From: an uncultured Bacteroidales bacterium | GTDB lineage: Bacteria > Bacteroidota > Bacteroidia > Bacteroidales > UBA7960 | Length of the DNA stretch: 41,747 bases | Direction of reading: 5' to 3' | Assembly: GCA_964465275.1 (NCBI GenBank) | Contig: CAYXIT010000017.1 | Coordinates: forward strand, 2,236 to 43,982 | Shown here: in pieces, positions 25,158-35,734 of the stretch | Layout of the letters: every line of letters begins with the position of its first letter | Numbering within the stretch: position 1 is the stretch's first letter | The notes under the pieces: generated by a model | Database searches by the model: none | What the model was told of the DNA's origin: nothing | Seen by the model: the letters and a program-made list of their open reading frames with translations, nothing else | Program-made: the position numbers and the translations under genes

Positions 25158-28022
25158 ATGAACAAACCCGGAATAAACACCCTGCTTCTTACGGTTATTA
25201 TAACAATGGTGTGTTCAGTTCATTCAAGAGCTGCAGCTCAGTCAAAAGATGCACAAATTTTCCGCATGCCTGAAAACATCAGATCCGATGAATATTTTCC
25301 CGGAGAAATAATTTTCAAGCTTAAAGAAGAATTCCGACCTTCAGAAAAGTTTGACCGGCCTGCAGATATAATCTTCCAAAACATTCTATTAAATCTTAAA
25401 ACCAGGGAAACGAAACGATTATTTCCGCAACACACCCCACCTGAAAAAACATTTCATGTATCGGGGCAACCTTATACTGACTTAAGTCTTATTTACAGCA
25501 CTTTCATACCTGATGGTGCTTCGTTGGAGAAAGCAATAAACAATTTATATGCATCGGGAATGGTAGAATATGCCCAACCCCGTTACCTGCCTGAACTTTT
25601 ATATGAACCCGACGATCCTTTTACCGGTTCTCAATATTATTTGCAGAATATTCGTGCTTTTGAAGCATGGGCTATTGAACAGGGAGACACCAATATTGTA
25701 ATTGCCATTACCGACACCGGGATTGATCTGTTGCACCCCGATCTTATCGATGCCATAGCCTACAACTATAACGACCCCATTAACGGTGAAGACAGTGACA
25801 ATGATGGTTACATTGACAATTTTCACGGCTGGGATCTGGGTGAAAATGATAATAACCCTCAATACAATGGAAGTGCCCACGGTGTGCATGTAACAGGCAT
25901 TGCAGGAGCATCAACCGATAACGGAACAGGGATGGCCGGAGTAGGATTTAACAGCCGTATTTTGCCTGTAAAGATAAGCGATGCCGACGGACGACTGGTG
26001 AAGGCTTATGAAGGGATTGTTTATGCAGCGGATCAAGGTGCAGAAGTGATAAACTGCTCATGGGGAGGATTTATTTCTCCCGGTCAGTTTGGCCAGGATA
26101 TAATCAACTATGCAGTTTTTAACCGCGATGCTATTGTTATAGCTGCTGCAGGAAATTCAAATAATCAGGCAAGAATGTACCCGGCTTCCTATGCCAATTC
26201 CATTAGTGTTGCCGCTACAAATAGCCAGGATATCAAATGGGACGGCTCAAGCTACGGAAATTTGGTTGATCTTTCGGCTCCCGGAGCCGGTATTTTCTCT
26301 ACATGGACTAATGGTTCATATATTACATCCAGCGGAACATCAATGGCTGCTCCGGTTGTCGCCGGTGCTGCTGCTTTGTTAAGATCATATTTTCCTGATT
26401 ATTCAGCTTTGCAAATTGCAGCACAGCTTAAAGTTACAACAGATCTCATTGATACGATAACCGGGAATGAAATATATGAAGGGCTTATGGGTACCGGCCG
26501 CCTGAACATCATGCGTGCTCTTACCGAAAACGATCATCCCTATTTAATGCTAAGCCAGTTTGAATATCCGGAAGAGTATTACCAGTTGTTTAATCCGGGA
26601 GAAACCTTTAACCTGGGAGCCCGGTTTATCAATCTGCTGGCCGCAACACAAAACATTACAGCAAAAATCACTACAACATCCCAATACATTGAGATTTTGT
26701 CGGATGAAGCAATTCTGGGAACTGCAGGACATATGGAAACAGTTGATAATTTTGAAGAACCCTTTGTGCTTCAGATCCAGCAAAACATGCCGCCAAGCCA
26801 CCAGGTTGACTTTTCCATCAGCTTTTTTACGGAAAACGGAGCATTTGCAGGAAGACAAAATTTTTCAATGACATTCAATCTTGATTATGTAACTATTGAT
26901 AACAGTCAGATTCAAACCACCATAAACAGCAAGGGGAATATTGGGTATAACTACCCCGATTACAACCAGGGTGTAGGCTTTCTTTACAGCAATACCAACC
27001 AGAACAGAACACTTATAAAGAGCGCGGGTTTTTTGGCAGGAGTTTCCACTGCTAAAGTTGTAGATAATATTTACGGGGCTGTTGAGAATTCTTTCAGCAA
27101 TCTGCTCTATCCTCATGAAAATGCCCGCATTCTTGATGATCCTCAATACGGAGATATTCATATACGTGGAATATTTTCCGATACTCTCGCGGGTACCAGC
27201 AGAGCCGGTATAAAAGTTTATTATGATATATATGCTTTTTCAGAGTCGCCGCTTGACAAATTCATGATACTTGAATATAATATTGTTAACACTTCCGGAC
27301 AAAACCTTCCTGGATTTTATGCGGGATTTTTTGCCGACTGGTCATTACAGGATATCCGTAACCACCGTGCGTCTTTTGATGCTGAAAACAAAATGGGATA
27401 TGCTTTCTCGGCCAATGGAGGCAACTATACGGGAATTCAATTGCTCAGTCATGACAATATAAACCATTATGCATTTGATAATCAGGGCTTCGGTGGCAGC
27501 ATACGAATCAACAACGGATTTACATCATTTGATAAATATACAGCGCTTAGAACCAACCGAAATAATGCAGGATTTTTTGATAAGGATAATGATATCAGTA
27601 CCCTGGTAAGTACAGGTCCTTTTATTATTTCCGATCATGACACCCTGCACATAGCTTTTGCATTACTGGCGGGCGATCATATCAATGACCTGCAGGCAAG
27701 TGCTCAACTGGCAGCACTTATTTATAGCGGTGAGGATCCGCTGACAACAGAACAGATCAGCAAATCTGCTTTTGGTTTGCATGCTTACCCGGTACCGGCT
27801 TCCGGTTACCTGAACATAAGCTACATGCAGCAACACAGTAATGCAGCAGAAATCAGGATCTATAACATGAAAGCCCGGCTTCAGTTTTATAAAATGATTG
27901 ATAATCCAACACCCGGTAAACAAAACTTACAGATTGATACTTCGCAATGGCCGGCAGGAACTTATATCATACAAATAATAAGCGATAATACAGTTGAAAG
28001 CTTAAGGGTATCAAAATCCTAA
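25158..28022 (+). CDS. secreted S8 (subtilisin-family) serine peptidase with a T9SS-type C-terminal sorting domain
   Basis: Catalytic triad contexts are AITDTGID (Asp), HGVHVTGIAGA (His) and SGTSMAAPVVAG (Ser), with oxyanion Asn in AAAGNSNN. The C-terminal beta-rich domain, about 80 aa, reads LHAYPVPASGYLNISY...IRIYNMKARLQ...GTYIIQIISDNTVESLRVSKS. The ATG at 25158 is preferred over the TTG at 25152. Confidence 0.85.
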   Translation: MNKPGINTLLLTVIITMVCSVHSRAAAQSKDAQIFRMPENIRSDEYFPGEIIFKLKEEFRPSEKFDRPADIIFQNILLNLKTRETKRLFPQHTPPEKTFHVSGQPYTDLSLIYSTFIPDGASLEKAINNLYASGMVEYAQPRYLPELLYEPDDPFTGSQYYLQNIRAFEAWAIEQGDTNIVIAITDTGIDLLHPDLIDAIAYNYNDPINGEDSDNDGYIDNFHGWDLGENDNNPQYNGSAHGVHVTGIAGASTDNGTGMAGVGFNSRILPVKISDADGRLVKAYEGIVYAADQGAEVINCSWGGFISPGQFGQDIINYAVFNRDAIVIAAAGNSNNQARMYPASYANSISVAATNSQDIKWDGSSYGNLVDLSAPGAGIFSTWTNGSYITSSGTSMAAPVVAGAAALLRSYFPDYSALQIAAQLKVTTDLIDTITGNEIYEGLMGTGRLNIMRALTENDHPYLMLSQFEYPEEYYQLFNPGETFNLGARFINLLAATQNITAKITTTSQYIEILSDEAILGTAGHMETVDNFEEPFVLQIQQNMPPSHQVDFSISFFTENGAFAGRQNFSMTFNLDYVTIDNSQIQTTINSKGNIGYNYPDYNQGVGFLYSNTNQNRTLIKSAGFLAGVSTAKVVDNIYGAVENSFSNLLYPHENARILDDPQYGDIHIRGIFSDTLAGTSRAGIKVYYDIYAFSESPLDKFMILEYNIVNTSGQNLPGFYAGFFADWSLQDIRNHRASFDAENKMGYAFSANGGNYTGIQLLSHDNINHYAFDNQGFGGSIRINNGFTSFDKYTALRTNRNNAGFFDKDNDISTLVSTGPFIISDHDTLHIAFALLAGDHINDLQASAQLAALIYSGEDPLTTEQISKSAFGLHAYPVPASGYLNISYMQQHSNAAEIRIYNMKARLQFYKMIDNPTPGKQNLQIDTSQWPAGTYIIQIISDNTVESLRVSKS

Positions 28023-28118
28023 CTTTCTCAGATAAGATTTGTTGATCCTGATCGCATAAAATAAAATGAGATGAATGGTTTTTTTTCATGTTTAGCACAA
28101 ATCTAATATAGATTTTCC

Positions 28119-29804
28119 ATGCAAAAAACATCCCTGGTAGTTCTGCTTCTTGCAGGCCTGGTTACGGTAATCATTTTTTCCGTTTACCTGGTTTTGAAGG
28201 AGTTTCAGGAGAAAGCTGAAATGTCGGCATTAAGCCCTTACAGCTATATTCCTGAAGATGCTACAATGATATACCAACTAAATGATCTCATAAAGGTCAG
28301 TAAGCTCAGGCCGGCAAATCCTTCTTTACTGCAGGAAAGAATTTCAGGAATTTTCTCACCAAATAATTTTTCGGATATTTTAAACTTCATCGATTCTTTT
28401 ATCGGTGAAAGTGATGGGAATACAAATATTCCTGAAAAAATTACCGTGCTCATTTCGTTGCATTTGCAGGAAGAGAAATCAGAAGGGAATTATCTCTTTG
28501 TCATCAGCCTGTCACCCGGCCGAAAATCAGAAAAACAAATTGCTGAACTGATAAAAAATCTTAGCCGGGATGAATTTATTTCAAAAACTGAAATAGATAA
28601 CTCAAATATTTTCAAATTTAATTCAGATAAAGAATCTTTAGCTTTTTTTGTTGTTCCGGTTCGAAATTCTGTACTTATTTCTCAGAATTATTCTTTGCTC
28701 GAAAGATCGCTGGATGCAGCCGGAGAACAAAAGAGTACAAACAACTTGCAGGCATTCAAAGATTTGATTGGTTTTACCAATGATCATCAAGATAATCTGT
28801 TCATTGAAACAGGAAGTTTTTCTGATTTTACCCTTGATTATTTTTTCTGGGATCATCCCCTGAGTATCGATTATTCCATCTTCTCGGGCTGGCAATTGCT
28901 AAAACCCGATCTTACTGATAGTCTCCTGAGGTTTGAAGGTTTGTTTATTAGCCCACCCGATGGATTTTTTTCATCACTTAATTTTCAGAAACCCGGCAAA
29001 TCAGATGTATGGCAAATGATTCCCGAAGATCCGGCACTTTTACTGCAAATTCAAATGCCCGATACCGAGCTTTTTCGCCAGGATATGACCTTTATACTAA
29101 AGCAAAATAAGAAATATTCACTGCATGAACTTAACCGGAGAAGATTCAATGATATTACTGCTTTACACCCCGATAGTATAAAAGAATTCTGGACCGGCGA
29201 ACTGGCAATGGTTTTGCCCGGAAAAGAACCCACGCAAAATGAATCTCCGGTGATTGTTCTTGGTATACGTAATTTCGAGAGTATACTTAATCATCCACGA
29301 TTAGGTGTATTCTTCCGGAAGCTTGATTCGGAATCAAATAATAAAACAAACCGCGACATGTTATTTGAAGTAACCGTACCTGGTTTTTTTCCTGCCCTTA
29401 CCCATGGCCTTATAAAAGATGATATAAAATGGCTGATTCCTAAGGGAGAATACCTGCTTGCATCGGCCCATAAAGAAGATCTCGTGAAATACCGCGAATA
29501 TCTTGCAGATAGTACACTATTTTCATTCACCGAATTCAACGATAATCATACGGAAAATGAACTAAGAGAGCAAAATGTTTTCTTTTATTTCTCTTTGCCT
29601 CTGTTACTCGAAAATTACGAAATTATGTTTACAGACCGGTTTCTTGATATGCTTGAAGAAAATGAAACTTATGAAGTACTGATGGAATTTCATCCTGTAA
29701 TTTTCGGATTCAAACAGCAGGATGAAATGGCAAGAAATATAATTACCCATTCATTTATCAAACATAATGAAAAGAGAGTATCATCTGATTCAATAAACAA
29801 CTGA
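28119..29804 (+). CDS. hypothetical membrane-anchored protein of unknown function
   Basis: 561-aa ORF with a single N-terminal helix LVVLLLAGLVTVIIFSVYLVL. I recognise no catalytic motifs. Confidence 0.6.
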   Translation: MQKTSLVVLLLAGLVTVIIFSVYLVLKEFQEKAEMSALSPYSYIPEDATMIYQLNDLIKVSKLRPANPSLLQERISGIFSPNNFSDILNFIDSFIGESDGNTNIPEKITVLISLHLQEEKSEGNYLFVISLSPGRKSEKQIAELIKNLSRDEFISKTEIDNSNIFKFNSDKESLAFFVVPVRNSVLISQNYSLLERSLDAAGEQKSTNNLQAFKDLIGFTNDHQDNLFIETGSFSDFTLDYFFWDHPLSIDYSIFSGWQLLKPDLTDSLLRFEGLFISPPDGFFSSLNFQKPGKSDVWQMIPEDPALLLQIQMPDTELFRQDMTFILKQNKKYSLHELNRRRFNDITALHPDSIKEFWTGELAMVLPGKEPTQNESPVIVLGIRNFESILNHPRLGVFFRKLDSESNNKTNRDMLFEVTVPGFFPALTHGLIKDDIKWLIPKGEYLLASAHKEDLVKYREYLADSTLFSFTEFNDNHTENELREQNVFFYFSLPLLLENYEIMFTDRFLDMLEENETYEVLMEFHPVIFGFKQQDEMARNIITHSFIKHNEKRVSSDSINN

Positions 29805-29839
29805 AGAGCTTGGTTTATAGTTCATATCGAAAAATTAAT

Positions 29840-29859
29840 ATTAGTATAGATATACTAAT
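29840..29859. promoter_or_regulatory. perfect 9+2+9 palindrome; candidate operator
   Basis: ATTAGTATA-ga-TATACTAAT, in the 185-bp gap upstream of the 29990 gene. Confidence 0.35.
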
Positions 29860-29989
29860 GACATCCAAATAAATGAGAACTTTTCAACATACGACAAAAA
29901 GAACGGGATTTTTAATACCTGTTTTGATTCAAATTATCTAATTTAGCTAAGTTTAACAGCACATTTTTATGATTTAACAAAATATAATT

Positions 29990-31600
29990 ATGAAGCCACT
30001 GCTTAACATTATCAGGAGTCACATACTTGCAGTAGTATTGATATCAGTTTTTACAATGCATGCATGCGACTACAGCTATCTGGATGCTATTGACAATATG
30101 GACGATTATACTTATGATGCCACCTTTGCAATACCACTGGTAAATTCCTATTTAAACATAAATGACATTATTGATACTGAAGGTATTGGAGCCATAGAAT
30201 CAGATGAGGAAGGTCTGATCTGGCTGATTTACAAAGGCAGAGTTTTCTCCATCCCGGCAGAGGACTTATTTTCTATTCCCGACCAATCACAAAGTTTTTC
30301 AATAGATATTGATCCTGTAATGAAGGAAGAAATTACATTTGACAGAATTTTCCTGGTAACCTTTGACAGCGATCAGCAGATTGATTTTATAAAATTCAGG
30401 CAAGGGATGTTCAGTGTGATTCTGGAAAATACAACACAGTTGCAGGCAGATGGTTATGACATTTCTGTTGAATTTGAGATTCTGAATTCAGAAACCGAAG
30501 AAGGTGGTCTTATAAGCGGAGAATTAACCCCGCAGCAACCTGCAAATATCGATCTGGCTGAAAGCAATATAGATTTCGAGGACGATACAAATTTCTTTCC
30601 GATAAAATTTACTGTAACCATAAGTGGAGATGGCAATCCGGTAAATGCTCCTTATACAATTGAGTTTAACCAGTCCATGGAAAACATGGAGTACGAATAC
30701 ATTTACGGTTTTATCGGAGAAATTCCCTTTCCGGTGGGAGACTCCGAAGTAAATATTGATATTTTTAAAAGTGCCAATATTGCTGACATCTTTTTTGAAA
30801 ATCCTACTATGGATGTTATTGCCAAAAACTCATTTGGCACTCCTATCACTCTGAATTTTAACGAGTTTTATGCTTCTAATCCGGATGATGAAACCATTGA
30901 CATTGTCACAGAAGCAACCGAAAACTGGGATATCGAAATGCCTGATGAACTTGATCAAACCAGCACTACACTGCTTGAACTGAACCGCTCAAATACCAAT
31001 ATTGATGAAATGATGAGCATACGTCCTACAACTGTGCATTTCGATGTATCCGGCGTCATTAATCCTGCGGGAAAGTTAACATCACCTAATTTTATTAATT
31101 ATGATAGTCAGCTATCCATTGATATTGATGTAAATCTTCCACTTTTTGGAAGGGTTGACAATTTCAAGCTTCGGGATACATTGGATCTCACCTTTAATGA
31201 ATTGCCCGAACAGATTGACTGGGCAGAGTTAAAGATTCAAATGGACAATGGTTTTCCTTTCAGGGCTTCAGTTCAGGTTTATTTTCTTAATGATAACAGC
31301 CAGGTTATTGATTCTCTGTTCTCAGAAGCATCTGTGGTAAACATAATAGAAGCAGCTCCTACTGATCCGGAAGATAATATTGTAACCGAACCCAGCCTGA
31401 AAGAAACATTCATTATGCTCGATCAGGCCAAGTTTGAATCATTAAGAAACGCACAAAAAATGTTGCTTGATGTTGAGTTTAATACATATAATCAGGATAT
31501 AGGAGAATCTGTAAAAATATTAGAAAGCTATGAAATTGGAATTCTGATGGGATTAAGAATAAAAGCAAAAGTTGATCCATTTGAAGAAGAAGAAAATTAA
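29990..31600 (+). CDS. hypothetical acidic lipoprotein
   Basis: Signal peptide with a possible lipobox (VFTMHAC) followed by an Asp-rich start. The protein is very rich in Asp, Glu, Asn and Ile. I recognise no motif. Confidence 0.6.
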   Translation: MKPLLNIIRSHILAVVLISVFTMHACDYSYLDAIDNMDDYTYDATFAIPLVNSYLNINDIIDTEGIGAIESDEEGLIWLIYKGRVFSIPAEDLFSIPDQSQSFSIDIDPVMKEEITFDRIFLVTFDSDQQIDFIKFRQGMFSVILENTTQLQADGYDISVEFEILNSETEEGGLISGELTPQQPANIDLAESNIDFEDDTNFFPIKFTVTISGDGNPVNAPYTIEFNQSMENMEYEYIYGFIGEIPFPVGDSEVNIDIFKSANIADIFFENPTMDVIAKNSFGTPITLNFNEFYASNPDDETIDIVTEATENWDIEMPDELDQTSTTLLELNRSNTNIDEMMSIRPTTVHFDVSGVINPAGKLTSPNFINYDSQLSIDIDVNLPLFGRVDNFKLRDTLDLTFNELPEQIDWAELKIQMDNGFPFRASVQVYFLNDNSQVIDSLFSEASVVNIIEAAPTDPEDNIVTEPSLKETFIMLDQAKFESLRNAQKMLLDVEFNTYNQDIGESVKILESYEIGILMGLRIKAKVDPFEEEEN

Positions 31601-31686
31601 TATTGAGAAGGACGGATATATCAAGATATTACAGAACATTTTAGTGAATTGAAACCTGGAAAAGATAACCTTTTAAAAAGCGTGAT

Positions 31687-33132
31687 ATGATCAGAAATAT
31701 AATTTCAAACCCCAGAAATCTGATTTTTATTGGTGCCTTTGCCTTTATGTTACTAAACCAACCGGTAAAAGCCCAGTATTACAACACCATATACTGGATG
31801 CAGGGTATTCCGCAAGCATCTTACAGCAACCCGGGAATTCAACCCGATGCGGGTTTCTACCTTGGCTTCCCGGGAGTTTCTTCTCTATACATCGGCTTGT
31901 CGCATTCAGGTTTTGCGCCCGAAGATCTTATTAAAAGGAATGAAAACGGAACCAGTTTTTACATTGATGATCAGGCAATGCTCGAAAAGCTTGAGCGAAG
32001 TAATTTTCTGTCATTCGATTTTCAAACAGACATACTGGGTTTTGGTTTCAGAAGCAAAAAAGATTATATCTCATTCAATATTGCTGAAAAAGTGGGCACC
32101 CGGTTGGGGTATTCCCGCGATTTTATGAGATTGCTGGTTGATGGCAATGATTATTTTCTGCAGCAAGGTGTGGCCGAGGGAAATGATGTGCCGGCTGAAT
32201 TGGGAAGACTTTCGCTGGACGCCATTCACTACCGTGAGTTTGGAGTAGGTTATTCAAGACAATGGACCGAATGGCTGACCGCCGGTATACGAGCCAAAGC
32301 ATTGCAAGGCATGGGGAATGTGTTTTTTGAAAAAACTGATCTGAACCTAACCACAAAACCCAATAATTATGAATTGCTGCTCAATGCCGACCTGCTGGTA
32401 AATACTTCGCTTCTCTTTCAGTTATCTCCGCTTGATTCCATTGGTAATGACACCTATTTTGAAGTAGACGAAGATGATCTGATAAACTATGTTACAAATA
32501 CAGGTAATCTGGGTTTTGCAATTGACCTTGGAGCTAACTTCAAGATATCTGATAAGTTTAATGTAGCTTTTAGTATTGTTGACCTGGGATTGATTGACTG
32601 GAAATCTGATGTTGAGAATTTCAGGATGCAGGGTGAATTTGAATACAATGGCATTGATTTTAATGACTTTTTTGGCGAAGATAATGAAGATCCTTTTGAA
32701 CAGATCATAGATTCGATACAAGGAGTTTTTGATATCGAAGAAACCACCAACTCATACAGAACCATGCTGCCCACGAAACTTTTCGTGTCAGCTGCGTACA
32801 GTCCGGCCCGTAAACACAAATTTGCCCTTCTGGCCAGGGGTGAATATTTCTCCGGTACATTATACCCATCATTTACAGCTTCTTATAACCTGCAGGTTGC
32901 TCCCATGCTCGGCACTTCATTATCATATTCTGTAATACACTGGAACTATAATAATATAGGATTTGGACTGCATCTGAATCTGGGACCGTTGCAGGTATAT
33001 ACTGTAGTAGATAATTTCCTGGGCGGGTTGAGACCCCATGCCCTGCAAACCGCAACTGTTCATTTCGGACTAAATATCCTTACCGGTTACAGGCAAAAAA
33101 CAGATCCTGCAGCACCAAGTATAAGGTGGTAG
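31687..33132 (+). CDS. putative outer-membrane beta-barrel protein
   Basis: Signal peptide ...FAFMLLNQPVKAQ. It has many short alternating hydrophobic and Gly/aromatic strands and a C-terminal aromatic residue (…SIRW). Confidence 0.55.
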   Translation: MIRNIISNPRNLIFIGAFAFMLLNQPVKAQYYNTIYWMQGIPQASYSNPGIQPDAGFYLGFPGVSSLYIGLSHSGFAPEDLIKRNENGTSFYIDDQAMLEKLERSNFLSFDFQTDILGFGFRSKKDYISFNIAEKVGTRLGYSRDFMRLLVDGNDYFLQQGVAEGNDVPAELGRLSLDAIHYREFGVGYSRQWTEWLTAGIRAKALQGMGNVFFEKTDLNLTTKPNNYELLLNADLLVNTSLLFQLSPLDSIGNDTYFEVDEDDLINYVTNTGNLGFAIDLGANFKISDKFNVAFSIVDLGLIDWKSDVENFRMQGEFEYNGIDFNDFFGEDNEDPFEQIIDSIQGVFDIEETTNSYRTMLPTKLFVSAAYSPARKHKFALLARGEYFSGTLYPSFTASYNLQVAPMLGTSLSYSVIHWNYNNIGFGLHLNLGPLQVYTVVDNFLGGLRPHALQTATVHFGLNILTGYRQKTDPAAPSIRW

Positions 33133-33240
33133 CAACTTAAAATATATTCCTGGTCGTTATGGCAGATTCATCCCATTGCCCGGGCATAAGATAACCGCAT
33201 TATTGAGGTAATGAAATGCTTAAATTGCAAATTATTTCTT

Positions 33241-33248
33241 TATTTTTG
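33241..33248 (+). promoter_or_regulatory. candidate -7 promoter element (TATTTTTG)
   Basis: TAnnTTTG match 32 nt upstream of the ATG at 33281. An upstream ATTG lies at 33223-33226. Confidence 0.35.
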
Positions 33249-33280
33249 CCATTTTAATCAATACTGTTAAATCTTATTCA

Positions 33281-35671
33281 ATGGATATTCAATATGTAGG
33301 AGAACATCTCCTTCCCGGCAACATTGGTAAATTCTCTTTAATAATTGGATTTGTTACTGCCTTCTTATCAGCATTCTTTTATCTTCAGGCATCAAAAGAA
33401 AACCCTTCTGACACACAAATGTGGAGAAAGTGGGGACGTTATACTTTCGGGGCACATAGCATTTTTATAGTTTTAGGCAGTATAATGTTTATGTACCTTC
33501 TCCTGAACCGGTATTATGAATACAGATATGTTTGGGTGCATGCTGAGAATGATCTGGGACTGGGCTACCTGATCTCTTCATTCTGGGCCGGGCAGGAAGG
33601 AAGTTTTCTTTTCTGGATACTTTGCCAGATGGTAGTCGGACTGTTACTTATACGTTTTTCGGGGAAGTGGGAAAATCAGGTAATGACAGTTGTAGCCTTT
33701 TCGCAGGTTTTTATGGTTTCCATGGTCCTGGGAATTCAACTCTCAGGCATCAACATAGGTCTTGACCCGTTTATTTTACTGCGAGAGGTACCCGAAAATG
33801 CAACAAGTGATTTTTTCCAGAACCCTCATTATCTTGCACTCATTACCGATGGCAACGGACTAAATCCTCTGCTGCGTAATTTCTGGATGCTTTCACACCC
33901 CCCGGTTTTGTTTATAGGTTTTGCCTTTACCCTGGTTCCATTTGCTTATGCCATGTCAGGATTATGGAAGAAGGAATACATTGAGTGGATTCGTCCTGCA
34001 CTTCCATGGACACATCTCGCCATTTTTTTTCTTGGTGCAGGCATTCTGCTGGGCGGTATATGGGCATATGAATCACTAACTTTTGGCGGGTTCTGGGCAT
34101 GGGACCCCATTGAGAATGCATCGCTTGTTCCCTGGCTCATACTTGTAGCTGCATTACACCTGATGCTGGTGGCAAAAAGGAAAAAAGAAAATTTGTTCCC
34201 TGCTCTACTGTTTACTTTTCTCGCTTTTATATTCGTAATTTACAGTACCTATCTTACACGCAGTGGTGTGCTCTCAGAAACATCTGTACATTCATTCGGA
34301 AGTGATGGAATGGGATTTCAAATACTCACCTATCTGTTTGCATTTCTGATTATTTCTTTGGTATTATTAGTTAAACATTATCGCAAACTTCCATCATCAG
34401 AAAACGAGAATCCCGTTTCCAGGGAATTCTGGCTGTTTATTGCAGGTATGGTACTTGTGCTTTCTGCTTTCCAGATCATATTTACTACCTCCATACCGGT
34501 TTTTAATAAGTTCTTCGGAACCGAATTATCACCCCCCACCAATGTAGTTGAACATTACAATACATGGCAGCTTCCTTTTGCTGTTCTTGTGGCACTGCTG
34601 ATGGGCTTTGCGCATTTTCTGAAATGGGGTAAAAACAATACTGCGAAATTCATCAAAAGAACCGGCCTCTCACTGGCATTAAGTCTGGCAGTCGGTCTAC
34701 TTATTATTGTAATTACAGGCAACTGGAAAACAGCTCATATGGTTTTCCTTTTTGCAGGGCTATTCGCATTTTTCTCATCTATGGATATGTTGTTTAGATT
34801 CCGTAATGCACTAGCAAATACACCAACCATTATTAGTCACCTGGGTATCGCGCTATTTCTTTTGGCTATATTGCTGACGTTTTCCAGACAGGAAACTATA
34901 TCAAAAAATACTTCGGGTTACTTTTTAGGTGAAGCATTTTCAGAAAATGAGAATCTGCTCCTGATAAAGGATGAGATCTTACCAATGGGCAGCTATTATG
35001 TTACGTATAAAGGACATTACCAGGAAGGTGAAGATATTATTTATGAAATAGATTTTCTGAGGAAAAACAAAGATGGAGAGTATTACAAGGTGTTTCAATC
35101 AACACCCACAATCAAGCTCAATGAAAACATGGGGAATGTGTATAATCCGCATGCAAAGGTTTATCCCGGGAAAGACATTTTTACTTACATAACTTTTGCA
35201 GATGTTGACCGCCACAATCACCAGCACGAAGCCGAGTTGCTGGGTACCTATGAAATGACTCTGTACGATACTCTGCATATTGACAACAATCACATGGTAG
35301 TTAGCGCCATTGGAGCCAATAATAACAGTGATATGGCTGCAGATGAACCGGTTGTTGTGGAGGCTACAATTGATGTGGTAACCCGTTCCGGGCAAACTTT
35401 TACTGCTTATCCACGCTTTGTATTGAGAGGGCAATCACTGCATTATCATGATGATGTCATCAGGGATCTGGATTACCGTTTCCGTTTCATTGAGGTATCT
35501 GATAAGCCGTTTACAATTGTTGTTGAGTTGTATCGCGAACAACCTGAATTTATCATCATCAAAACGATTGTTTTCCCGTATATTAACCTGTTGTGGTTCA
35601 GTTGCATTGTAATGCTTACCGGATTCTGGCTGGCATACCGAAAGCGATGGAAAAGCCGCAACAGTCAGTAA
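33281..35671 (+). CDS. CcmF/NrfE-type heme-handling (WWD-domain) cytochrome c maturation protein
   Basis: WWD motif is GGFWAWDPIENASLVPWL. The flanking conserved His contexts are LSHPPVLFIGF and SVHSFGSD. It has many TM helices and a soluble domain of about 200 aa before the last helix. Confidence 0.75.
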   Translation: MDIQYVGEHLLPGNIGKFSLIIGFVTAFLSAFFYLQASKENPSDTQMWRKWGRYTFGAHSIFIVLGSIMFMYLLLNRYYEYRYVWVHAENDLGLGYLISSFWAGQEGSFLFWILCQMVVGLLLIRFSGKWENQVMTVVAFSQVFMVSMVLGIQLSGINIGLDPFILLREVPENATSDFFQNPHYLALITDGNGLNPLLRNFWMLSHPPVLFIGFAFTLVPFAYAMSGLWKKEYIEWIRPALPWTHLAIFFLGAGILLGGIWAYESLTFGGFWAWDPIENASLVPWLILVAALHLMLVAKRKKENLFPALLFTFLAFIFVIYSTYLTRSGVLSETSVHSFGSDGMGFQILTYLFAFLIISLVLLVKHYRKLPSSENENPVSREFWLFIAGMVLVLSAFQIIFTTSIPVFNKFFGTELSPPTNVVEHYNTWQLPFAVLVALLMGFAHFLKWGKNNTAKFIKRTGLSLALSLAVGLLIIVITGNWKTAHMVFLFAGLFAFFSSMDMLFRFRNALANTPTIISHLGIALFLLAILLTFSRQETISKNTSGYFLGEAFSENENLLLIKDEILPMGSYYVTYKGHYQEGEDIIYEIDFLRKNKDGEYYKVFQSTPTIKLNENMGNVYNPHAKVYPGKDIFTYITFADVDRHNHQHEAELLGTYEMTLYDTLHIDNNHMVVSAIGANNNSDMAADEPVVVEATIDVVTRSGQTFTAYPRFVLRGQSLHYHDDVIRDLDYRFRFIEVSDKPFTIVVELYREQPEFIIIKTIVFPYINLLWFSCIVMLTGFWLAYRKRWKSRNSQ

Positions 35672-35734
35672 GCAGGTTTTACTGTCTGCAAAGTACATTT
35701 TCTGTGTTTTTGTCAAAACTCTTATCAGCAACAA

